A stretch of DNA of 62,286 nt, filler included, from Sphacelaria rigidula (GCA_964200075.2; 11 parts of 11 records of this genome joined end to end with filler, not necessarily neighbours in it); one strand, 5' to 3'. Positions 23,019 to 36,929 are shown, counted from the whole stretch's first letter. Translations and numbers: made by a program. The notes: generated by a model not told the origin, from the sequence alone.

Positions 23019-24183
23019 GGGCCTTCCTTCGTGGAATTGGCGTCATGTTCACTTGGAAAATATACTGCGTGACCCTGATCAGCCCTGGGGGTCGAGGGAT
23101 GAACATTCCAACGAGTTAGTCATTGAATGTATATTTCGAAAGCAAACAAACGCCGACATACGATTCCTTGGAATCGTGACGGGTCAATTCCCTCCACTCG
23201 CGTTCAATTCACTATAATAACTGAAACAGCATTTTCGGAATGCATGACATCATGTTTTGATGGTTGATGTATCCACCGCCCTTCTTTTTATTATTTCGAT
23301 AGTTCAACAAAACGGATTGTTTCCTATTGCCACTCATCAGTGTTTTTCCATCACTGGGACACACGAAAACAAACGTCTTTTGACCATAAAACGGATTCTC
23401 AATATTAAGCTACAATCTCAGTATCACGGTATTCTTGTGTGGTGACAGTTTCCACCCACCCCCGTGACGAGTCAAACGCTTCTGGCCGCACGGTTTCGGT
23501 AGTAGCTTGTTCGTCAGAGCACGTGACGCTGCAAACACCCAGGCATGATCGCTCCCGACGGCTGCCTTGCATGGAGGATGCACTCGACGCAAAAACGAAC
23601 ATCTCTCGACACTCGGCGGGCACTACAGCAACAAACGCGACTAAATATAGCACTCGCAACCATGCACTACATCGAGTAGCGCAGACGCTTCAGACCCAAA
23701 AGCGGGAGAATTCGAGATAGCCGTGGCCAATATCTGGATATTTGCATTTGTTCGTTTGCTCGCCACGAAGGAGACTCCACTTCAGACTCCCAGAAATCAT
23801 CCAACCTTCTCATTCCCTCACCACCACACACACGCTGTGGTCAAAACTACTCACCCGACAAAAAAATGAAGCACGTTGTACCACACATCCCCACGGACAC
23901 ACAAGGACATAACCCCGACATTACATCTACGTACCACACCCGACAATTTCCAACACTAGAAATCGCGCTTCTCTGCTGCTGCCGTCACCCAACAAGGGAT
24001 AACTCTCCCCGATTAAAATCCCTTTGAATGACACACCAATGAACTCCCCTTCATGTCTCCATTTTCTTTTTTTGCGAGGCCACTACTGAGTCGTCGTGGT
24101 ACCAGCAACACAAACAGCGGGTGTCATTTACTCCAACTCAACACTACGATATCCTTCCCATTTTCCCCAACGTCAGCACTACT

Positions 24184-24384
24184 TCAACTATTTCGGTCTT
24201 CCTTGCTCGTGTTTTTTTTGTCCTTCTTGCGCTTCTTTTTCTTGGAGGTCATGTCCGGTGTCGTGTCGTACTTCGCCTCGAGCTTTTTCCGTTTGCTCTT
24301 CAACCGATCAACCTGTTCGCGCCGCTTGCTCAACCCGTGTTGCATCCGCCCGTACAGTCGTTTTGCCTTCTTCGACATCATCAT
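24184..24384 (-). CDS. PES1: Pescadillo homologue, terminal exon
   Basis: MMMSKKAKRLYGRMQHGLSKRREQVDRLKSKRKKL fits the conserved pescadillo/Nop7 C-terminus (MM.KK...LY..M..G); AG acceptor at 24385-86, in phase. Confidence 0.9.
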   Translation of the reverse strand: MMMSKKAKRLYGRMQHGLSKRREQVDRLKSKRKKLEAKYDTTPDMTSKKKKRKKDKKNTSKEDRNS

Positions 24385-24684
24385 CTGTTTCGTTTTTTCA
24401 TGTTTTCCCAGTCATTTTCCCGTCAAAGTCCCCCACACCCCCGAGCAACAACGCAGCGGAAACAATAGGCGTTGGGTTCCATTTTTTTGCAGTCGGGGCA
24501 TGTAAAGGGTTGGGAAAATAAAACATAAACCTGCTCAGATTTTCCATCAATCAGACGGGCTGTGTGTGTGTGTGTGTGTGTGTGTGTGACCGAGTGTTCG
24601 AGAGACTGCGGACATCATCCGTGTTGGACTCAGCATCACATACTTGACGTAGTATGTTGTACACAGGTTGCCCCCTCTTTTTCG

Positions 24685-25480
24685 GGGGGGGGTACTCATG
24701 ATCTTGCATGCCATAGGCACATGACCGTTGACCTCGCATTCCCACGAAGCCGAGACGGAGCATGCCCGGTTTTCGCCGAGCCAGGCTCGCAATCAATCAC
24801 CAAGCGCGAAGCGCCGTGATGTGTTCGGCGAGTCGCATGAAGGGTGAGCTGCACCTTGCCAAAATCGTTCGGCCCGAAGCGCACTGATAATTTCGCATAT
24901 GGATGACAGCCCCGAATGAGTTGCTATGTCTATTCTGGCATCGCCACTGGCAGCGACAGCCACGACTTTTACACTGCTTCATGGGTGTGTCACCATTTAA
25001 ACATTGCGCAGTATGATCATCTCCTTTGCGCTGAGTTGAGGTTCTCCCATACCAACACAAAGTGGTCTAGCTCGACCACCATTATGGTTACCTCAAAAAA
25101 GGGGGTCGCCTGGTTGCCTAGCATACGCAGTGAGCGGTTTGCTTTACAGCGTCGTTGCCAACCGACACCAGCCCTATGGGGCGGGGGATGGGGGGGGTGT
25201 ACTCATGATCTTGCATGCCGTAGTCATATGACCATTGACCTCGCATCCCTACAAAGCCGAGGCGGAGCACGTCGGGATTTCGTCGGACCAGGCTCGCAAT
25301 CGATCACCAAGCGCGTAGCGCTGTGATGTGTTCGGCGAGTGGCAGCTGCATCCTGTCAAGATTGCTAGGTCCGAAGCGTACCAATCATATCGCATTTGAA
25401 TGGCAGCCTCCAATGAGTTGCTTCTTCTATTCTGGTATCGTCACTTCCAGACAGTCACGGGACCCACACTGTCTCACGTG
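24685..25480 (+). mobile_element. Two head-to-tail copies of module A (one full ~500 bp, one truncated) inside the last PES1 intron
   Basis: G-run + gtactcatgatcttgcatgcc at ~24685 and again at ~25191; bodies match ~17890-18400. Confidence 0.88.
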
Positions 25481-25991
25481 GGTCCCACCAGGGGGGGGGG
25501 GATCAGCACTACAGACGCTCTGAGCGTGGCAACACTCCGTTTTTTTTTCAGTTTTTTTTCCGAACTCACTCCCAGTCAAAGGGCGATAATCAATCAATCC
25601 ACTCCCTGTCTGTCTTCTCTCTCTTCCCTTTCCTTTGCCCCCCCCCCCCCCCCCGTCTGAGTTTTCCTCAAGCAAGTATTCGCGTTGTGTTTACCCTCGG
25701 TACGCCCATCTCGTCACCGCCACCGGATTGACAGTGGACCATTCAAGGTGCGACAACCAATCATTTCTAGTTAGGACGACCATCACAATTGGCAGCACGT
25801 CTCGAGGACATCGACAAGCAGGCATCATGTTTCAAAGGCCGCTTGCTTAATACTCCCGACGGGGGGGGAAGCCGCTGCTACCATCATCAACACTATCAGC
25901 AACGGGGTCAGTAAACCCGGGTCTACCCGTGATGGTCACATACGGGTACAGTGCGAAGATAATCTCAAGCGCCTGTTCGGGGCCAACATAC

Positions 25992-26345
25992 CTTGGAAAG
26001 TTCATGGTGCTCCTGGGCCTCCGTCTGCTTAGTCTCCAAGGCAGGAGAAGCTTCCTGCTTCTCCTCCTCTTCCTCCTCGTCACTGGAACTCCCGCCTTCC
26101 CCATCCTCATCCTCCTCGTCATCGTCATCATTATCATTATCATTATCATCATCTCCGTCTTTTTCCGTTTTAGCTTTGCTGTCCACCGCATCTTTAGCCT
26201 TAGAGAAAGTAGTGCCGGCTCTCTCGAGCTCGAGGTCTCTTTTGAATACCGCTTCCTCGTCTTGCTTGTCTCGTGGGTCCGCGTTGCCATCGCCGCCGGC
26301 CGCCGCCGTGACGGTATCTGTTGTATCGTCCTCAGCCGGATCCGC
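25992..26345 (-). CDS. PES1: Pescadillo homologue, acidic-region exon
   Basis: 354-nt phase-0 exon ADPAEDD...RDLELERAG...DDDDEEDED...EHHELSK between the BRCT exon and the C-terminal exon, as in pescadillo; canonical splice sites. Confidence 0.88.
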
Positions 26346-27532
26346 CTGTGTGTAAATAATCCACGAGGGGCAGCGGGGGAAGGCAACGAAGAGCGGCACG
26401 AGGGAAAATTCGAAGAAAAATAAACAACAAGGCTGACGAGGAACTGTTTCAGGTCGAAATATGAACGAAGGGTGCCTTGTGTCGCAGCTCTCCCCTGGTG
26501 CGTACTACTCCTTTACTCCGACAAAAACGCACTACTCGAGATCTTCTTTCACTCTCCAGCTCGCCTGTGCTTACTTCTCGTTTTCCCCGATTGTCGACTT
26601 CCGGTGAGCAAACACACACGCGATATACTGTCTTCCTTCACAGTGAGAAGAGACAACCACGGCTACAAACGATGTTTAGCCAAAGCATGGATTCGGCGCA
26701 CTCGGAGCATTCATCACCTCAACTCACATACGGTTCGTATCAAAGCACAAAGGAAGAGCATGAAAATAACAACCTCCTGTTTTTTTTCACCCTTGTCCAA
26801 TATGTCACCACCCTATACTATTCACCGAGTGTTTCCATTTTATTTTTCGTCTCGGGTACGTTCATCATGTGGCCGCGGCTGGATCCCTGTGGGATAAAGT
26901 TAAAGTGCGACAATCGATCGATCGATCAATTAATCATAGCCGTTGCCTTTGGGTGAGCAGTACACAGACGATGCGTGTCTTTATCCATTGCTGTGAGAGA
27001 CCAACTGCTGAATGCGGGAAGTGGGGTAATATGTATCACACACGCCTTGAGGTAGTAAGCTATGTTCTTCGACGACCCCACGGCGTTTCCGTCGCCAAAT
27101 CTATGGTGCGGTCAATACAAACATGTCGAAATCAAGCACCCCGAAACGTCATGTTCGCAGGTGAATTTTTTGTGAGGCTCGTATGTTTAGCACCTGCTCG
27201 CCCAACGTAATGAGCACCGAAATGTTGGGGGTGTCTCTACTAGGAGTAGATACGGTGTTCCATCTCGAAAGGGATACGTGGTCAGTGGTCAAACAACCAA
27301 GGCAAGCAACGAGTGACTACACCCTCCTCCCCTCCCTGTTACATACATTTCGCAATGTCGTCACGAGCCATATTCCAGGAAATTCGAATTCTGGTTCATC
27401 GCTGAGCAGATACATTTACATACCTGCCACATTCGCTACTGCCAAACTCGCTCGAAATGTCATGTTCGAGCTACTCCTTTGCCCCCCCTCCCCCCCGTTA
27501 TGGAACACACACCGACACACACAGAGACACAC

Positions 27533-27790
27533 CTGCCCAGCGCCCAAACCACGCCTTCGCCTAGCCTCCGCGGCCGAGCGCAACTTGTCCAGCTCTTCCC
27601 TGTACGCTGGCACGTAGCCCTCGGCAGCATCGTCCACGAAGGGAGACAAGTGCGGCGGCAGGGTGGCGCCGGGGGCGTATCGAGCCACGGGAAGCAGCAT
27701 CCTCGCGTTGAGTGAATCAAGTATCCACTGGGGCTGGATGTACTCGCGGCGCTTGCGGCGCGGCTCCGTCAGGGTAGGACGGTCCACCAC
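27533..27790 (-). CDS. PES1: Pescadillo homologue, BRCT-domain exon
   Basis: VVDRP...[38 protein letters not shown]...GYVP is the pescadillo signature. Confidence 0.96.
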
Positions 27791-29328
27791 CTTTCGCGCC
27801 CGGGGGCAGGGCGAGGGGGAAGATGCGGGACGATTGATGTGTGTTGCGAGGGCATGCGGGTAATAAGAGGTGTTAGGCACGCACCGCAGAAGGAAGGTGG
27901 AGAACTAAAAAAAAAAACTCCTGAGTTGGTCTTCCTCATGTGTGACCTCGGCTGGTGGCACCACACATACGGAAAAGGTGTTAGACCGGCGTCCGGAATA
28001 GATGGGACGACCACAACAACAAAACATGCGGGAGGGTGCGGGGACGTTGGAACGGATTCCTGTGACAATGTCGTAGGAAAATGGCCACCCGATTGTGTGG
28101 TCATGTCGTGATCTCTACACGGTGTTTGGGTGTTTTGCGTCTCTTCACCGCACACAGGTAAGAGCACGCGAAAAGCCAGCGGGGGGGGGGGGGGGCCGGC
28201 CGGTTTTTTTTTTTTGCCCTATTTTTGGGGGGGGGGGGGGGAGAAGGGAAAAAGGAGGTGNNNNNNNNNNNNNNNNNNNNNNNNNNNNNNNNNNNNNNNN
28301 NNNNTTAATTAATTAANNNNNNNNNNNNNNNNNNNNNNNNNNNNNNNNNNNNNNNNNNNNTCTAGGGAAAAAACGATGGCTATACTAGGAGATAGATGGT
28401 GGCCAGAAACAGCGAAACAAGACGGGGATAAGATGTGTCGAAGGTTTCTCTGTAATGTATGGAAGAAACGGGATGAGCTGCGGAAGAAACGTGATAGGCG
28501 CCGGAATGTTGGAGGTGTCTCTATTAGGAGTAGGAACGGTGCTCCGTCTCGAAAGGAATGCGCGGTCAATCGTCAAACGACTAAGGCAAGGAACAAATGA
28601 GTATCTTCGTGACCACATTACTTGATTTGAAACATTACCATAATACCAAAAACTAAACTCAGATGAAGATGTAATGAGTCATGCTACGACAGGGAGGGGA
28701 GTATTTTGGGTCACTTCCGCCACGAAATTCCACTTCAAATCTTTGTTGAAAGCAGCAACGGTTGTTGAAGCGCGCTTGTTACCGATAGATAACTCTCACT
28801 AATACCAATTGACTCCGTTTTTACCGAAATACAAGTGCACCGCGAGTGTGTCAGGTCGTCTGGCATACCTGTAAGCCCCCTTTTTCGTGGAAGCAAGTAC
28901 CCCCCTCTCTACCTTAGCATGATCTAATTCAAACCACGTTAGCATCACGGTGGTGAAATAAACTGTGGTGAACAAGATCAAATTCGAACTGAACTACAGT
29001 GGCACATGTCGTGCGGAATGATCCACACGGTGGTGCCGTACGAATCAATTCAAAAAGGGTCCAAGCGAAATTCCCACGTAAAATCAAAACCACATGCCTG
29101 AATATCCACGCGTTTCTGGCCCGCGCCAACCGATTCCACCAAAAACGATCCCCAGCAGCAGATTCGTTCACCTCACGTATCCGAAGATGCCTAGTGAAAC
29201 ACGCCAATCATGAACTATCACCAAGTCTCATTTATCTGTCTCCCCGTATTTCCACGCCATTCTAGTGCCCCCTGCTCCCTTGGCTTTCCATACTCGATCG
29301 CATGGGAATGCGCCCACGCCCCCCTGCT

Positions 29329-30050
29329 TCATTCGCTCGGCACCGACGACGCCACGCGTGATGAGGTGTTCCCGACAGAGTCGGCGGCAGCAGCAGCGGC
29401 AGCTGATGCATTGTCAGCGCAGTAGTTGGTAGCGGCAGCGGCTGACGCGTTGTCGGCACAGTAGGTGGCAGCGACCGCGGCTGACGCGTTTTCGGCGAAG
29501 TATGTGTCATCGGCAGTGACTGAAGCGTTCTCGGCGAGGTACGCAGCAGCGGCTGCGGTGTTGTCAGCGCAGTAGGTGATATCGGTACTGGCTGACGCGT
29601 TGTCGGCGAAGTACGCGGCAGCGGTTGTGGTGTTGTTGGCGCAGCGGGTAGTATCGGCAGTGGCTGATGCCTCGTCGCAAAGTAGACGGCAGCGACTGCG
29701 GTGTTGTCGGCGACGGCATCGATGAAGTCGGCGGCAATAGCATCTGACCCAGGGTTGTCGGCGGTGGTATTGATGAGGTTGGGGCCATCGGTATTGGATT
29801 CGGAGTTGTTGGCGACGGAATCGATTTAGTCGGCAGAGTATGACGGAGCGCAGCGGCTGCGATGTTGTCGGCGCCGGTGTCGACGAAGTCACAGTCTGCA
29901 GCTGCGCTATTTCGACGTAGTGGGTGGTAGCGGCGGCGGTGTTGTCGTCGACAGTATCGATGAAGTGGGCGGCAGTGGCGTCTGACGCAGGGTTGTCGGC
30001 GTCGGCGGAGGTAGCGGCGAGGTCAACGGTAGCGGCGGCGGCGGTAGCGA
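29329..30050 (-). repeat. Degenerate coding-like tandem repeat (33/39-nt units, GCCGACAAC core) encoding Ala/Thr-rich A[DE]NAS...TY[CF] repeats in its 3' part; frameshifted upstream
   Basis: Recurrent gttgtcggcg on the plus strand; ORF 29329-29892 C-terminal half. Confidence 0.6.
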
Positions 30051-33000
30051 CTCGGATATTACCGGGTGATTCAGCGGCTGTGGGGATACCGGCGGGTCGG
30101 CGACGGTAGTAACTCTATATCTCCCCCTACCGGCGAGCGGCATCGACGGCAGTTGCAGAAGCCGCATACGCGTGATAGTCCACATAAAAGGTACTCCGCT
30201 TGTCGAGGAAGGGGACTGGATACTATCACCTGGGGGAGCAGGTATAACACTTGAAGGGGAAGCGGGGTGGACACAAACACCGAACGGGGGAGACACAACG
30301 CCTCCGGGGGAGGTGTACTGTAAGCCAACACTAGGGGGATAGTACAAAACATGTATTTCCGACGCTGAGGCTGTGTCGACACTCGGGGGCTCCACAGTAG
30401 AAGAAAAATGAAGTTCGTTCTTATGGGAACGAGACTCTACAGTGGCAGTAGAAAAATCAGCTCTGATACTCGACGTGGGGGTGTCGTGTCGAACGAGGGG
30501 TGTTGCTCTACGGAGGGTGAAGAATCCTCAACGCAATCATCTGAATTGAGGCTACAAGTAGACCTGTCAGCGCCACGTACGACCGTTGCCATATTGACTG
30601 GCTGGGAGGGCGAAGGGGGTGTGACTGTAGGCGCCAAAATACGGTCATATGTTAGGGGAAGACGGGTGGTCATTTGCGATGAAGATAGCGAATTACGGTA
30701 AAGACAGAATCTATCCTTGAATAAATGTACCCCAGTTGAATTTCTTCTGCACGTAAGCAATGCTACGGTAGGGATTGCACTTTTCGTTTGTAGGCCTCTT
30801 TTTTGTAGGAGCCCAAATATATGGGGCTTATTGTGCAGCCCAAATCTCCGGAGACACAAACATGGTGTGTGCACGCAAGGGCCTTTTCGTGAATCACCAT
30901 CATTTTCAATCTTTTTCGAGTAAAAATGATGCCGATTCACAAAGCGATCCGTCCAAAACCCCGAGCAGCCCCGAGAAACATTTTTTCTCAAAAACGTGCA
31001 ACCCCAACCGTAGCATCACTCACGTGGTCCAATGAGAGAAAACTAAACTTGATACCTTCTAGTGCGTATACATCGGTCAACTGGACACAAACGTTTTAAA
31101 GGGAGCAGAAAAATCTGTAGAAGATCGCATACAGAACCTCAGTTTCAGATTACCTACTGCCTTTACAGGGAATGCGGTTCCGTCACAGGGGGGGTTCGAA
31201 AGAATATTGGGATGGACCACGGTACCGTCGAAATGGTGGGGCAGTAGAGGAATAACCGTTACCTTAACCCCCGTCATAACCCCCATACCTTGGTTGATGA
31301 TGTCGTGGCCGGAGTTGTGGTGCCGATTACCCCTACGTCGTCCCTGAGCATCCCGGCGTGATGATTTGTCGGAACGGTGGTCTGCTGGTGACACGGAGTA
31401 TGCCCCCCCATGCGGTCGAAGCAGTAGTCACGGTACAGATGGTGGGAGTTGTGGTAAGAAAGATGACCGGACTGGTTGTTGCGGGTGTGGTGGTTGTCGG
31501 AGTGGCAATCGCTTGGGCGCTCGAACATGGCGGTGTGTCGTACAATCTGTGGTACAGTGATCTTATAGATTGCCCTGCGCCCAGGGCGCTTCCAATTTCA
31601 ATATTTTCAGTGTTGGTGACATTGCGGTCTTAGATTGACACCGGAGTGGTCTCGGCTGGGCCCTTGTTAGAAGTGGAACTGAAATGAAGGTCTGCCGCAC
31701 GCACCCAGAGTGCGGTGATGTTTCGTTGCACGGAAGCGTAGAATTGTATTGAAGCATAAATCGTGTTTATCTTATCGCCGTCGCCCTACATTCGCGAGGG
31801 CCTGCAGCAAGCCGGCGCTGAGACGCAAGCCGTTTCCCGGAAAATTCCCGCTAGGTCGTCCCGCACAATCCCAGCCACTACCATGCCTGTTTTCAAGTAC
31901 GTGTACAGGAGTTGCTTCCCGGTATGCCATAGACTATAAATTACAAACTGCCGGTTCTCGGGCAGACAGAAAACAGCGTCAAGCGTCAAGCAGCTGCACG
32001 CTGGACCGAGGGATCCCATATCGGGAAATGACGGCATCATCCCCCCAGGTCGCCCAGACCTTATTCTAGAGCCGTAGGAGGGGGGGGGAGGGGGGACCCC
32101 GGGTACCCTATTTAAGGAGGGGGGGCACCCCCCTGATCGATGGATTATGGCGATAGTACTTGATGTGTGTATGCGCATCGGTCTCAGAGCACACATCCCT
32201 GTACATAAAATATGCTGTTTGCTGCTGTGTTCGACACTGCGTACACTGCGTACCAACCGCAGCATGACACCTTCGGCGGTACTACCTGCTCACTGCACAG
32301 CGGCAGGGTGCAAGGTGACAAAACACTCTGCAGGACATCACATCCTTAGCGTATCCCTGTCCTGTAATGATTTCGCGCTGTCCTATGCAGCTCGCCACAT
32401 TCTGAACGCAGCCGCTTGGACCTGCGGCCAACGTGTACGCGGGATATCACCCCTCGCTACGCGCTATATCGATACGCCACATTTTGTAAAGCTGTCCGTG
32501 TTGCAGCTACAGTGTGCGCTTGCCCCAGGTGGCGCACGCAGGAGTGAAAGGTCGCCTCCGCCGCTGTAATGACTGCCTGTATTTTGGGCGAAGCTGTATG
32601 GTAACACAGCCGCTATGACGCGAAAGCCGCCTGTAACATTCCACACCGTGGAAAATTTAACATACTGTTGTCTCGAAGTGTAGCGTTGCAGTTGCTGACT
32701 TCAAGTACCAGTATTATGTCACAGATCGATCCAGGAAGCGGTTCGGGTCCTAAGGCAGTGCTGTGCCTTCCTCCACTTGCTAGGATTAGCGATGTGTCAT
32801 GTTTCAACTTTTGAACATCGAAATTCGACAGTCCTCCCCTCAGTGCTTCATGCAAACTTCCTTGTACTTTGCTGTCAAACCTTCCTTTCGAGTCTAGGTC
32901 TAGCATCAGCAATCAGTTTACGACATCACGACTCTGCAATCCCGGGACTTATCTCCCACTGCTTCCACTACCTCATCACTGAGGATCCGCTGACCACACC

Positions 33001-34031
33001 CCTACTGAGCTCTCGGGTCAACGATCTTATATTCAGGAGGCAATCTCATACAGGTACCTTATAATGGTTTGGGGTTACGTGCAAGGCAGCTAGAGACAAA
33101 AGCGGCCGTTACCCTGTTCCAATAGAGCACACCCTAGGGCCGAAGCTCATGGGAGTAGGGCGGCGCGTGCACTGCGCCAAGTTGACGGGGGGCTTCAGTG
33201 GGTTCGACGCCCACACCTGCCCTGAGGAAAGCTTTCGAACGCTCGAGGCGTCTACCTCAGATTACTGCCACCAGGTGGTCTAGTCGAGCCTCTGGGTAAC
33301 CCGCACACGAACCCGCTTGCTTGGGAGTAGTAACTGCTGGGTGAGGTTCCCCCTTCCTTTGCAAAAACAAAAGTGGGCAAAACTCAGGAATACAAAAAGG
33401 GCACCGCACACAGTATCAGTATAGACTTTTCGCCGACGTCATTTCGTATCAGTACATACAGGGTTGCTGACCTCGTGGTATGCCCTCCTTCGCCGGCTTG
33501 AGGGAGCAATTACGACATGGCTTGGAGTGTCACTGGACAGGCACTTACTAACTCTCGTACACTGACAAGCACCACGGGGTACACACTGCCCTACAGCCCG
33601 AAGTGGGGACCCCTGGGGCCAATTTCTTCCGAAGTAGGACACTTTTCCAGACAGTCGAAAATGTTTTAGCAGGATGTAAGGCCGGATGTTATGGCACACA
33701 GATTCTTGGCCCACGGATTGTTCACCTTTGGGACGTTTGACCCCCTTTTTGACCCCCAAACAGAGAAAATCGCCAACACACGTCTTGGACATTTTGCATC
33801 AACCCACAGAGAGTCTAGTCTGCTTTTCAGGTTCGCTTGGCTCCGAGGTTTCGAGATTGGCCGCTGAACAAAAACTCGTGTGCAAAAATTTGTGCTTGCC
33901 GACCCCCGCCAGTTTGCCCAATAATCTGTGGNNNNNNNNNNNNNNNNNNNNNNNNNNNNNNNNNNNNNNNNNNNNTTAATTAATTAANNNNNNNNNNNNN
34001 NNNNNNNNNNNNNNNNNNNNNNNNNNNNNNN

Positions 34032-36408
34032 ACAATGTTTTGAATCTCAAAGACATGCGGGTGATGAGCACCAACCACTCTCCACGGACCAGTCCACGTC
34101 GCCATACAAAACGTATTCGCCTACTTCGAAATTCGGCAATTCCAGCCCTGACGAAGACCCCTCACGTCTACGCGCACGTTCCGCCGCAACACGCTCCTGC
34201 ACTAGAACGTGGAAACGTTCTTACAAGTCTAAGACTCCTTGCAATGCAGTCTTAATTTGAACATCGTCCAGAACATCACACTTCAATTCCTCCGCCGACG
34301 AGGACGCCAGCACCGAGAAATACGTCCGAGGGGCACGGCCAAACATCACGTGATACGGCGTACTATCGTACCGACGGCGATAGGCTGTATCTAGCACCCG
34401 TTGCACAGCGGGCACACGTCCACCCACTCGGTCACCTCTCGAGGCTGCTCGAGAAGAATAGAGCGAAGAGCACGAACTACTTCCTTTACCATGCGTTCGC
34501 ACGTACCGTTCGACCACGGAGAATACGCTACCGCAAACCGGTGATCAACGCGCCAAGTCTCTTGCAACCGAGCCAAGATCGCATTCTTGAAATGCGTGGC
34601 GGTATCACTCACCCACACACGGGGCACCCCCAAAGCTTTGCACCAATGCAGCAAAGACGCAGCAGTCGATTCGGCAGTACACCCGGCTACTGGTTCCAGA
34701 GCCACAAAATTGCTCAAATCATCCATGATGACCAAAATGTATCGGAACCCATCATTCTCCGACAAACCTTGGGAAGCTAGCGGGCCACTCTCGCCCACGT
34801 GCAAGAAGTCAAAATGAACGACTTTATTCGGCGTGGTCCCATGGACCGTTCACCGAGCGGGCAGGGAACAACATCGCCCGCCCTCGAGTCAGCACAGTGA
34901 AGACAGTGGTGGACAAATTCGCGCACATTAGTTTATATCCCCTGCCAGACACAAAACTCTTGCAAGCGCACGAGCGTCACAGCCACACCACGATGCCCGG
35001 CATCGCGCATGTGCGCACAAATCATCAAACGTACCTGCAACTGTTTGTCAGAACTCGGAATCCACAAAACGTTTCGGCCACGCACATGCACACGAAAACG
35101 GACCTTCATTGTCCAAGATAGCGGTATCAACGTCCGACTCGAAAGATTGCACATCCGCATCTTCGGCTCTAAGGTCGTTTCGTTGCGCTTGGCGGACAAC
35201 AGATTTGGACGGCATCGAGTCATCAGGTTCGCACGGACCATACATAGCCACAGCGCGCGCAGGCAAAGTGGGAATATTTACCAGTGCGACAGCAAGTCAC
35301 CCCACGCGTTACGCTCACCCGAAATATGACAAATCGTGTACCGATACTGTCCTTATACTCCTTTCCACCCCTCCAATCGTTGTGCCATAACCTTCGACAC
35401 AGACGTCACGCATGCCTCTGGGTTGAAAATGTACGCTAGATTTCGGTGATCCGTGAAAATGTGTACGCCATTCCACGATAGATGCTCGAGACGACGAAAA
35501 GTGCTCACGATAGCAAAACCTTTCTTGTCAATAGTTGCCCAACGCATCTGTGAACCCTTGAAATTACCACTCACAAAAGCCGGCGGTTCATGCGTCATGT
35601 CTTCAACCGGCAACCGTTGACAATCTGAACGAGGATGGAGCAGCGTTACTGCATCAGTCACCAGATCCTTCGCTGCCGCCTACGCCTGCAGCCTGCCCTC
35701 CGTCCAAGATGCAGCCTTCTTCGGAAACGCATTATCCGGACTGGACCACCCCGCCTGCAAATTCCGTAACACCAACCCGAGCGCCAAAAGAGCCGCCATG
35801 CACAATGCCAACCATCTTGGCTTTACTGAATCGTACCGCCGCGGCTTCGTCTTCACCGCGCACGCCCCAGGTTTTGTCTGAACACGCATGGGCTCCACGC
35901 GCGAAGGGGGATCACCCCGCAGCGCACGACGAAACGCGTTGACGCGGCAATGCAATATACCGCGCAGGCGCTCCGCTTTCGAGACGCTGAGGCTTTGCGC
36001 CCCAGCATCCGTCACGCTCTCCTCCAGCGCGGCTTTCCGAGCGGACTCCTTATCCGCCGAATCAATAAATATCTCCGGGCCACGCTCCACCAAGCGTTCC
36101 ACCGCCTCCTCACGCTCCTCGGACACCTGCCCCCCCGCCTCCTGGAGAGCATCAACCGACAAGCTCACTCTGCGACTGGCCAAAAAGGCAGGCGTCTCGA
36201 CACTCGAACTAGGCGACGGAATTTTCGTTTTTAGGGACCCCAACAACCGATCATACGGATCGACTCCGAGTCCCCGAAGCGTCGGTAGGCCCAACAGAAC
36301 GACACCATCCGTCCCCGGCATGATCGCAAACGATATTGAGGGTAATTTTGCTGGCCCCCAAGTAGTCAGGAACGCCAGCTGTAAGGGAATCGTATATTCC
36401 GTGGCCCG
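34032..36408 (-). mobile_element. Decayed Ty3/gypsy pol: protease C-terminus, RT largely deleted, partial RNase H, integrase with GPW (GPY/F) module
   Basis: VLLGLPTL (protease), IFTDHRNL (RNase H), CAHMRDAGHRG (HHCC), MDDLSNF / VSDTATHF / YSPWSNGTCER (DDE core), WTGPWRV; stops and frameshifts; gypsy domain order. Confidence 0.93.
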
Positions 36409-36632
36409 TGGCGAAAGATAGATAGTTTTATCCTTAGTATTATTGGAGAGTGCCTAGACTGAGTCGACCCTATGACTGAGGGATCAGATGTTGAGTGAGC
36501 TCAGTAGGCAGCGTGGTAGCTGCCATGAGCGGGGTACTGTAGTCACACACACTCGACTACCAGTACCCGCACGTCCGCATCAATCTATCCGCACATGTGT
36601 ATGTTCACTCACTGTACCTGTTCACATGAACA
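36409..36632 (-). mobile_element. Probable 3' LTR of the copia element (TG...CA), preceded by a polypurine tract
   Basis: Minus strand agagggggTGTTCATG at 36632; candidate CA ends at 36409 (where the gypsy reading frame resumes) or 36489. Confidence 0.6.
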
Positions 36633-36929
36633 CCCCCTCTAAACCGGTACATCAGTCGTCGTGACTTTCTCTCTCTCAAAAACAAAAGTTTCAAGGGGGA
36701 AACCCGGCCATCCGGGCAAAAAAACCCTCCCCTCAACAGCTTGTGCTCCATCTAGATAATCCATGGACGCCGGTCAAGGCAGATACACAACATGTCAGGA
36801 AACGCCCTACAGAATCCATGCCCCTCAAAGTAGCGTGGGTGGCATAACCCAAAATGCGCATAAATGCATCACTTGAACATCTAAAAATACCCGGCACGAG
36901 CACAATGGTACACACAAAAAACGTACCTA

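Noticed and set aside
30700..30990. Possible copia post-integrase remnant
   Set aside because: Resemblance too weak; no adjacent integrase or RT motifs
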